The notes under the pieces: model-generated
What the model was told of the DNA's origin: nothing
The model's input: only the letters and a program-made list of their open reading frames with translations
Database searches by the model: none
Source of the DNA: Girardia tigrina
Lineage: Eukaryota
NCBI GenBank assembly: GCA_001938485.1
Contig: MQRK01255149.1
Coordinates: forward strand, 1-64,000
Reading direction: 5' to 3'
DNA: 64,000 nucleotides
Translations under genes and position numbers: made by a program
In this document: in pieces, positions 55,181 through 64,000 of the stretch
How positions within the stretch are numbered: the first letter of the stretch is position 1
How the letters are laid out: each line of letters opens with the position of its first letter

Positions 55181-56618
55181 TAGAGGTGGGTACGTTTAGC
55201 GTTTAAACGACCGTTTAAACGTTTTCGTTTTTTAGGACGTTTATACGTTTAGCGATTTCTAAACGAGCGTATAATTATTAAATTTGTATTTTTGACATAT
55301 TTTTTTCATAAATGAAATAATTTTTTTTATTCGGCGAAAATTGCGCAATTCACGAATTCGGCAAAACAGATCATATTTACTACAGCTAAAAATTTTATAA
55401 ATAAAAATATCACGGTACCAAAACGGCCTGCTCCCTATTTTTGTAATTTGATTTATAGTCTATAAGAGATGGGCACGTTTTGCGTTTAAACGTTTTCAAT
55501 TTTTAAGACGTTTAAACGTTTAGCGATTTATAAACGAGCGTATAGTTCTTAAGTTCGTATTTCAAAACTCACGAATGGGTTATACTCCTTTAAAACTTTT
55601 ATCACGCTACCTAAGGCCTATTCATTTGTAAAGAACCCATTGTTTTAATATATTGAACTTTTTCGTGGGACTATAAATACAAAATATGAAAAGTGGCATT
55701 AATATCATATTTGAGAATTGCATCAAAATTTCCAGTAAATTTTTTTGATAAATGTAAAATTATTTGAATTATATTTGTTGATTTTCTAAATTTTTTCCAA
55801 TACAAAAGTCTTAAAAACGAGATGTATTGTATTGAAGAAAAGGTATTGGTTTTTGATGAAGCTTATAATTAAAATTTTCAATGTTTAATTTGCTAAACGA
55901 AGATCGTTTAAACGTTTATAAAATTTTAAAACGTACCCACATCTATCAATGCTGTTAGAGATCGTTTAAACGTTTTTTACCACGTTTTACTTAACTTGCT
56001 TTGGGTTCTGTCAGTCTTTCTGTTTGTTTGTGATGTTTCACTTTTCACACGCTTTTTTAGACCACTTCCACTCATCCGATCGTTCTGAATTTTTTTATGT
56101 AGGCTTTTCTTCTGCCTGACATTTTGAGATTTTAGCATCTCTGCATCTCAAAAATGCTCTAATAAATTCAAATTAATTAATTTTAATTTTATATGGACTA
56201 AATTAAAATATAAAATTTATAAAATNNNNNNNNNNNNNNNNNNNNNNNNNNNNNNNNNNNNNNNNNNNNNNNNNNNNNNNNNNNNNNNNNNNNNNNNNNN
56301 NNNNNNNNNNNNNNNNNNNNNNNNNNNNNNNNNNNNNNNNNNNNNNNNNNNNNNNNNNNNNNNNNNNNNNNNNNNNNNNNNNNNNNNNNNNNNNNNNNNN
56401 NNNNNNNNNNNNNNNNNNNNNNNNNNNNNNNNNNNNNNNNNNATTCAGAAATCCGCCCCACGTTTTTGGTTAGGTATAAAATTTCTCACATGTCTAGAAA
56501 AAAATTATTTTCCTCTTTTTAGTCCATATGAAAACGTGGTTTTTAAAACTTTTTTATTTTAAACGTTTAATTTGCTAAACAAAGACCGTTTAAAAATTTT
56601 AAAACGAGCCCACGTCTA
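55181..56618. mobile_element. Non-autonomous hAT element
   Basis: TAGAGGTGGG ... CCCACGTCTA termini, exact 8-bp TSD GTTCCAAA (55173-55180, 56619-56626), many subterminal cgtttaaacg motifs. Confidence 0.9.
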
Positions 56619-57068
56619 GTTCCAAATAGGAACTCGTACTTCATAGTTCGAATTTTTACCTTTTCCATTTTTTAAAAATACTGATTATTCAAACAAGTTA
56701 TCGATAATTTTAATTCATTTTATTGATGCATTCAATAGCCAAGATGTGTGGGAATCAATCAAAATAAAGAGCTGACAAACCAAGTGATGAGTCATTGTCA
56801 AATTATAACTGAAAAAAAATATTTTCACATTCTAAAACGTGTTTCAATTTCACCAAAAAAACAAACGAAATGACTTTCCAAACAGTCCAATATTTTTCAA
56901 GTTTAAATCAATAAAAAACGTTTATCATTTGATAGAGAAATAAACACTTTTTCCACCTACAAATTATAATTAAAAAAAACCACAAAACATTTTTCTTCCC
57001 TGTTTTTTTTGTTATTGATTTGATAATTCAAACTAATCCGATTTTCGTGTTTCGTATTTTCAGCCGAA

Positions 57069-57368
57069 TCACTGGCTGTCGACTAAAAAGGATTCGACCT
57101 GTTTTACCGAAACATGTTCTTGTGTTGATTCTGTGACCATGTCTAATTTTTCATTGAAAATCGCTTTTCGTAAATCGGAAATGATCCACGGAGACGCATC
57201 TTTGATCTCTTTGTCAGTTTCGTTTTCATACATCTTTAGTTTCTGGTTGAAATAGATTATCTGACTGATGGTGAAAACCGCTTCGTCACCGCATTCCGTG
57301 AAACGTAAATCAAAGTTTAAAAGAGAACGGTTATCGGTCATTCCTTCTTGGATTTGTTTGCCTCCATC
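57069..57368 (-). CDS. TCTE1: TCTE1/DRC5, last coding exon
   Basis: ctAG|DGGKQIQEGMTDNRSLLNFDLRFTECGDEAVFTISQIIYFN...* matches TCTE1 DGGKQLLEGMSDNKTLLEFDLRL; phase 0, 300 bp. Confidence 0.92.
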   Translation of the reverse strand, partial: DGGKQIQEGMTDNRSLLNFDLRFTECGDEAVFTISQIIYFNQKLKMYENETDKEIKDASPWIISDLRKAIFNEKLDMVTESTQEHVSVKQVESFLVDSQ

Positions 57369-57414
57369 CTAGTAAAAACTTTACCCGGGTATTTTCAAAG
57401 TGTGATATTCTTAC

Positions 57415-57558
57415 TGGCCCTAATCGATTATTCGACACGTCTATCGACACTAAAGAACTATTTTTTTCAATTACTTTTGCAATGATTGCCGCTGTCGGTT
57501 CGGACATTTCATTTGCGGCTAAATTTATGTTTTTCAATGTTGTGTTTATCAGAAGAGC
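57415..57558 (-). CDS. TCTE1: TCTE1/DRC5 internal exon (LRR)
   Basis: aAG|ALLINTTLKNINLAANEMSEPTAAIIAKVIEKNSSLVSIDVSNNRLGP|GTAAGA; 144 bp, flanked by 52 and 46 bp GT-AG introns. Confidence 0.92.
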
Positions 57559-57610
57559 CTTAATGAAATTCGAAACATGAGAAATAGAATTCGATATGAT
57601 GCATAATTAC

Positions 57611-57919
57611 TTTACAAATGGCTTGTCCTCCTTCGTCTAAGATTCTATTAAGTCGCATGTCGAGAACTTCTAATGTTGAATTTTTTTTAATCGCAAAAGC
57701 AATAGCTTGAGCCCCAGTGGTTTTTATCATGTTGTTTGATAGTTTTAGAACCTTTAAAATACTCCTATTGTTGAGGAGTTTACCTATAGCCCTAGCTCCA
57801 CGATCACCGATATGGTTGTGTGAAAAATCAAGTTCTATTAGATTCGGATGATCGAGGAGATGGCTGATAAGAACTCGACACCGGTCACAATCAACACGAC
57901 TTCTGTTGAGATGGAAAAC
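57611..57919 (-). CDS. TCTE1: TCTE1/DRC5 internal exon (LRR), missed by the ORF track
   Basis: tAG|VFHLNRSRVDCDRCRVLISHLLDHPNLIELDFSHNHIGDRGARAIGKLL...GAQAIAFAI...LDMRLNRILDEGGQAICK|GTAATT; 309 bp. Confidence 0.93.
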
Positions 57920-58215
57920 CTAAACGCAATTCAATAAGATATAAAAGTTACAATTTACAAATAATCAGTTACATTAAAAAGAATAAAAGATTTGGAAATT
58001 CAAAAAATAAAAGTCATTTCACAGAAATTTTATATTCATGTTATTTTATATATAACAGACTTACTTATGTACTCAGTTGTTCGGAGCACGACATTTTGGT
58101 GAGAAAAAATAAAGCGTAAAAATAATAAAAACTTTTATTTAAACTATAAATAAGCTACAAATGATACACATTTAAATTTCGCGGCCAATAATTCCATTTT
58201 GGCATTATCTTCAGC

Positions 58216-59145
58216 CAGTGGTGGATTTAGATTTTGGTGCGTGTGGGTGGGGGGGCGAGAAAACTTTCAGGGGGCGCCAAAAAGGATAAAGGTAGTACTA
58301 GTCCTACTAATTTTAATATTGAGTAAATACTATAATATACACGATTTGTACGCTCCCCGCTATCTTGTTCTAGCGGTAGGTAGCACCAAAAAATTGATAA
58401 CTATTAAAAATAATGAAGTTTTGTTGACCCGTCATTATTACCGACTTTTAATAATATTTGGGTTTACTCCGGCCGTAAAATCTTGCGTGAAGACGTGTAT
58501 TGTTAGTAGTAGATTTAGTAATTAAATTTTAATCTAATTTATCGATTACATATATGCAATATAAACAGTGTAATATAAATGTATAACTATTCCAATACTA
58601 TATTTTTTAAAGTAAAAACTGACTCGCTAGTTTATTTACTATTTAAATTGCTTTCTTCGTGATTTCATTGAAGCAAAACGATTTATTGTTGATTCAAAGT
58701 CAATCGTTTCTGCCACTTCACTTTCTATTGAAATTAGTGCCAATCCAGACAGTCGTCCATGTGTCATTGTTGACCGCAAGTAACTCTTCATTATTTTCAG
58801 TCTACTGAAACTTCTTTCAGAAGTTGCAGATGTAACAAGAAGGGTCAAGTATATTTTATAGAGAATTGCCGAATTGGGGAGTCCTGGAGCCATCTGTTTT
58901 TTAACTAAGAAAGACAGCACCTCTTACAGTTGTAATTCACAAGATAGTGATGGAGTTTAGTTAGTTAGTTCTTCTGCATCACAGACCTTGTGTCAGTTTT
59001 AAGGATGAAACTTAATCATAATGCAGCTAATTCTTGTACACAAAACTACACATTTATAAAAGTCATCTTGGGGGCGCCATTTAGAATCCAACAGGGGCGT
59101 AGGGGGGCAGTCTGACCCCCAGTTCTATAGCTAAATCAGCCACTG
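58216..59145 (-). mobile_element. Internally deleted hAT element (hATC dimerisation domain retained)
   Basis: TIRs CAGTGG(TG/CT)GATTTAG; 8-bp TSD tcttcagc/tcttcatc; ORF 58639-58920 TSATSERSFSRLKIMKSYLRSTMTHGRLSGLALISIE. Confidence 0.92.
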
Positions 59146-59599
59146 TCTTCATCTTGTTTACTATCATGGCAATGCGTATTTATCATTTTTATGAAATCGT
59201 AATTCAACACTGTACGCAATCTGACTTTGCACAACGGTCTTTGATCACATCGCCAAACTCCAAGGTATTATTACAGTTTTTTCTTCCAAAATCAAATGAA
59301 TATCCTTCATATATAAATAAATTATTATTTATAGTTTAAGTATAATATTGTATTATTTATACGCTTTAATTTTTCGCGACATGTCGCGTACCGTCAATTG
59401 CTATTGCAACAAGCCCTAATAACACTTGCAAAATTATTGAATAAGTTTAATTATAATTAGTTTCAATAATCTAATTATAATTATAATTACCCCATTTTAC
59501 AAATTATTTATTTGGAGAGTCAATTTCAATGGTAAAACTCTACGAAAGATTTGCTGATATAAACGAGTAGGTTCAAATTTCTGAGAACTTAATTTAAGA

Positions 59600-60150
59600 A
59601 TTTCTTGAGAAATCAGATCTTTAAATCATGATATTTATGTAAAAACGACTCGGTCAAAGATTTGGTCTTATCAATATTTTCCTCAAAACTTAATGGTTGT
59701 CTATGTGATTTAATTTTGATCGGTGGTCCTGTCTTGTTTATTCGATGTTTTATCAGTGCAGTAGATCCAACTTCCTATTTATGCTCCATAAACACTCCTT
59801 GATGCTTTTTTCACAATATCGAGAATCTTTGGTTTATTTGGCATCTGTATTGTCTTCAAAACTCTTTTAAATCGTTTCTCATTTTTCAATCAAATTTGGC
59901 TTCTAAAATACTTCTTAATAATAAAATTGGTCATTCTTTTTTTTCATTTTCTTTCTTCTTCCAACGTAACTCGATTTCGGACCCCCATGTAATTTTATGC
60001 CTTTTACTAGGTCTGGCTTTATGCTGTTATAACAATGAAAGTTAGATTAGTCTGTTTTTCTTAATATCTGCGTCCACCGATATTTTATCCATACAAAGCA
60101 AACTCAGGAACAACTAAATAATGTGCTGAAATCGCTTCCTTTTTATTAAG
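59600..60150 (-). mobile_element. Ty3/Gypsy pol remnant (protease-RT linker)
   Basis: VGSTALIKHRINKTGPPIKIKSHRQPLSFEENIDK at ~59670-59775; boundaries approximate. Confidence 0.55.
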
Positions 60151-60739
60151 AGTATTAAATAGAATTAACAATTATTATTAACAAGATTGCTTAACAGAAG
60201 GACAAAAATATTGGTATATCACTAAAATAAACAGGGATGTTTGGAGGAGAGAATAAAATTAAGTTACCTTGTAATTGGATGGATTTGAAATTTTTTACGA
60301 AGTAGAGTTTTGTTTAGTCAGAAGATTTTTTTGGGTTTCTAAATTTAATATTCATTGTAATCGGGAAAAGGAATTGGGTAAATTGTTTGTTTGGTAGATT
60401 TATTCGTTTTTTAGTCTATTGAGTAGCCAATTAAAGGAAATTCGGTTGATTTTCTTTAGGAAGAATCAATTGAGTTGCTGAACGGAGATCGAAAGAAAAT
60501 GTCTTTGATTGTTTTGAATGTTTAAAATCACAATGGGAAATATTAGTCGATGATAGTAATGATCAAAATATATTTGGGGTTGGCCAAAATATTGTCATGA
60601 TCTCAATTTTTGGTAAATAATAGTCTTATGAGAAAATTTAAGTAAATTGTAATGTTTGAATATTTTAGTTTTAAAATGTTTAATATTTATTATTTTTCAA
60701 TGATTTTTTTTCTACATTATAAAGCAATAATTATTTATA

Positions 60740-61918
60740 GGCTGTGTCGTAAAAAACGGAGTTTTTTTAAATACGTGTATTAATATAAACACTATAGATA
60801 ATGCCCTCCTTTCTCCAGAATAGATCTTAGGTCCATACACATATTTTCAGCAGTGCCTTTCATTCTCTCTCCATGAAATGTCGGCAAGTGGTGTCGAAGA
60901 AATATTAGAGAAATACAGTCTGTTGACACATGGCTTGACATTTGTTTGACGGTCCAATGGAACATAAGATAAATTCGACGTTTTTCGAACCGGATTATAC
61001 ACCGCCACATTGATCGACAATCTATCTCCGAGCACCAGAAGAAAGTGCGAGATTGCTCTCTTCCGGTGATGCTGCCCATGCCCAGTTCCAGTCATTAGAT
61101 CCTTTAGACGAGAGGTTGGATCACTTAGATGAACCAGTGCCGCAGATGTCTGCGAATAACCTCGATTATCGCCCGCATCAGAGGTTGCAATGACGGAATC
61201 GCAGTCAGATACAACTATCCGACAGAACCTTTCTGGATCAAAGGACGATTGATCGCCGAGTCTGTCGCGTGCATCCGTTATCGAATCGATTGAGTACGGA
61301 TTGTCGTCATCAATCAACATGATAATTTATTTTGGAGTATTTACTCGAAAGAAAGAGATAGCGAAATGTTCTTTATCGGAGATTATCGCTTTGTTCCCAA
61401 TGACCGATAAACAAGTCTCAATGATCGTCGCGAACCAGGGATTCGATGAGTTCGTATCGGTTGCCAGTAATACTCGTTTATAGCACAAAAGTTTAGCGCA
61501 ATCGATTAGAACTATCGTTCCAGTTGTTACATTATCGTTGAGAGAATTCTCATTATCACTTTTTTATGTTTATTATTAATTTCAAATTTATACGTCCATT
61601 CCATTTGAAAAAGGAAATCCAACAAACGTTTATTCTAATAAATTTTATTCGAAAATCAAATTATTTATAGTTTATCGATATTATTTAAACAATGGAACTT
61701 CTGGAATATTCCAGATATCAAACTTAACAAAACTTATAATATTTTTTTTACAGAAATCACACAAATAATTTTATAAACAAATATATATATATATATATAC
61801 TTTTTTAAATTAAATTCAAAATTATACATTTAAATCAATCAATCCGGCACACAGTCCATATTATAGAAAACCAGGCTATACGATGATTCAAAAAAACGCC
61901 GTTTTTTACGACACAGCC
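60740..61918. mobile_element. Non-autonomous TIR element carrying a captured Ku70 fragment (Pack-type element)
   Basis: 33-bp TIRs GGCTGTGTCGTAAAAAACGG(A/C)GTTTTTTT(A/G)AAT with 2 mismatches; flanks tatttata / tatatata (TA, or a degenerate 8-bp TSD); no transposase inside. Confidence 0.88.
60800..61604 (-). pseudogene. XRCC6: Ku70 5' portion (start, part of vWA domain, start of beta-barrel), disrupted and internally deleted
   Basis: MEWTYKFE.. (ATG 61604) /fs/ SDNENS..GTIVLIDCAKLL..NPWFATIIETCLSVIGNKAIISDKEHFAISFF..* IIMLIDDDNPY..FDPERFCRIVV..SRLKDLM..RKRAISHFLLVLGDRLSINVAVYNPVRK..VPLDRQTN..KYVYGPK/ILEK. Parallels Ku70 [38 protein letters not shown] / IMLFTNEDNPH / FDISLFYRDII / [43 protein letters not shown] / YGSRQIILEK. 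Confidence 0.9.
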
Positions 61919-62060
61919 TATATATAAATTATATTTTAAATTAAACTCGGTATCCTCTGTTAAAATATCTTCCCAAATAGTACGAGTCCCAATGGGTTTA
62001 TTGGTGTAAACTAAAAAAATAAAATATTTTATACGAGCAGACAAATAGACTCTACTTCTA

Positions 62061-63339
62061 TTAGGGTGAACCAAAAGTCTTTTCGTATTTTTTATTAAAA
62101 ATTTAAACATAATTTTACAACAAATAAAAAACATTTAAGTTTCAAAGTAAAGGCCATTTGAATCTATAGCTTGAACCCATCTATGGGCAAGTTGTGCGAT
62201 TCCGCTGCGGTACCAATCCTTGTACTTAGAAGCGAAGAACTGGTGACACCCGTTTTTGACCTCGGCTAGATTATTGAAGCTGCGACCACGAAGAAAGTGT
62301 GCCATAGAGCGGAAAAGTTGATGGCGCAAGATCCGGACTGTACGCTGGGTGTGGAAGAAGTTCAAAGGCGTCGAGATTTTTGATTTTTTCCTTTGTTTGT
62401 TTGGCGGTGTGCGGTTTTGCAGTGTCCTGTTGTAGAAGAACTCGCTTTCGATTGATCAAAGCGGGGTATTTCTCGCCAAGTGCTGCATACATTCGATCAA
62501 GTTGGGCGCAGTAAAGGTCAGTGTAAATAGTACGACAATTTAGAACCAGGTCGAAGTGAATCACGCCTTCGAAATTCCATCAAACACACAAAAGTGCCTT
62601 CCTTGAGAAACGATCTCGTTTCGCTACCGGTTTCGACATTTGTCCGGGGTCCAACCATTGATTTTGTTGGTCTGGATTACTGAAGTAAACCCACTTTTCA
62701 TCGCAAGTTACAATTCGACGGATGAAACGGTCATCGCGCGGATTTTCAAGCAATTTTCAACAAGTTTCGAAACGCTTTTCGGGTTGAATTTGCGTCAATT
62801 CATGAGGCACTTCTCGACATCGTCTATTGACATTGCCAAGAGCGTGAAGGTGTCATACAATGGATGTTTGAGGAATATCGAGCTCGGCCGACAATCTGCG
62901 AGTACTTATTGACGGATTTGTCTCGATGGCTTCACGAATTGCTCCGGAATCTACGGTGATAGGTCGGTCTGAACGTGAATTGGGCTCGAGGTCAATGTCG
63001 CCTTCGTTGAACCTTTTGAACCAATTTTGTGCAGTACGATTTGAGACCACATTATCGCCTTCAACTTCGCATATCTTCTTTGTTGTTGCAGTTGCGTTTA
63101 AGCCCTGTTTCCAGTAATGGCGTAAAAGAACGCGAATTTCAAAATTTTCCATGATTTTTCTAAAAGACCATAAAAATTATATTAACGACTAATTAGAAGT
63201 TTTAATATATATTGTGATAGAGCAGTTCAAGAGCTTTAAAAACATATAACACATGTATATAAAATATCTTTATTTGGTAATAAGAAACAATTGAACAAAA
63301 AGATATAGAAAATACGAAAAGACTTTTGGTTAACCCTAA
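62061..63339 (-). mobile_element. Near full-length mariner element (1279 bp) with a disrupted transposase
   Basis: TIRs TTAGGGT(G/T)AACCAAAAGTCTTTTCGTATTTT; transposase 63152-62135 in broken frames with VTCDEKW, QQDTAKPH, HPAYSPDLAPS. Confidence 0.95.
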
Positions 63340-63531
63340 TGTATCCAAATCCTTTTGTCCACAGCTTCGATATAATATCGAAATCACATAGAAATTATCA
63401 AAAATAAATTGCAATGAAACAATTAAATATCCAAATTTATAAATTCTCGGCAATTTTTTTTAAAATTCAAAAAATAATTTATAAATAATAAATTCATTTT
63501 GTTGAAAAGGTCAAAACATGTTTGCTCTTAC

Positions 63532-63750
63532 TTTTAGTTGTTTATTTGCAGCTACACATTTCGATAATTGCAGGCAATCGTTTATCGTGAACTGAAAGAT
63601 GTTCCATTCAAAATTCATACCGCAGTTTTTAACATCATAAGCGATTCTCAGTTCAGTTAAATTCGGCAATTTCGAAACAATAAAATCAAATGCTAAATGG
63701 TCTATTTTTGGCAATTCTTCTTCTATTTCATCTTCTTGTTCATCTTCGTC
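63532..63750 (-). CDS. TCTE1: TCTE1/DRC5 internal exon; upstream exons lie outside the window
   Basis: aAG|DEDEQEDEIEEELPKIDHLAFDFIVSKLPNLTELRIAYDVKNCGMNFEWNIFQFTINDCLQLSKCV...LK|GTAAGA contains the TCTE1 signature V.K.CGMNFEWN.F.FT..DC; 219 bp, phase 0, joins in frame to the exon starting at 57919. Confidence 0.93.
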
Positions 63751-64000
63751 CTTTTCAAAACAATGAAGAAATAAAAAAATTTAAAACAGATTTTTTAAAA
63801 ATCATTTTTTAATATTGTCAAAAAGGTAAATTATGAAATTAAAAATACAACATAAAAAGATGGTTGGACGTGATTTATATTTTTCATAATTGGTCTAATT
63901 GAACAAATAATGCATTCACTATTTTCAATTTAAAATTTTAACAAAAATTAAATAATTACGTAAAACATAAAAATACATAAATTTTATTAAACTAAAAAAA

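Noticed and set aside
2778-56461. Long ORFs in the track composed of X residues or IYIY runs
   Set aside because: Artefacts of N gaps and (TA)n microsatellites.
60847-61320. Intact nested gene, or secreted precursor with an RKR cleavage site
   Set aside because: RKRA is the conserved Ku70 RKRAL motif; the frame is bounded by premature stops and frameshifts.
1520-63750. Regulatory link between the X-box array and the ciliary gene TCTE1
   Set aside because: More than 55 kb apart and on the gene's 3' side; nothing in the sequence supports an interaction.

Overview
AT-rich eukaryotic scaffold with N gaps and (TA)n tracts. The 46-52 bp introns and the transposon repertoire suggest a planarian/triclad-like animal; this is inference. 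I found one apparently intact host gene: the 3' four coding exons of TCTE1/DRC5 (dynein regulatory complex LRR protein) on the minus strand, 57069-63750. The rest is largely decayed transposons: the right end of a Polinton/Maverick (1-1903), many mariner/Tc1 relics, two hAT elements, a Chapaev3 end, piggyBac- and pogo-type MITEs, Ty3/Gypsy gag and pol remnants, a solo LTR, and Penelope-like remnants with minimal hammerhead ribozymes. The most notable signal is host-gene capture. A 1.18 kb non-autonomous element with 33-bp TIRs (60740-61918), inside the large TCTE1 intron, carries the decayed 5' part of Ku70/XRCC6. Other orphan housekeeping-gene fragments (STI1/HOP TPR2A, TRAPPC6 N-terminus, HEAT-like, LRR-like) are scattered through the window. 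The STI1 and TRAPPC6 fragments sit behind the same ATGGCG/GCGCCAAA/CCAAT module. Several fragments lie between long inverted repeats with a degenerate 9-bp TSD (16329-32837), a candidate 16.5 kb Pack-MULE-like element. All protein identifications are by-eye comparisons with remembered sequences, not database searches.
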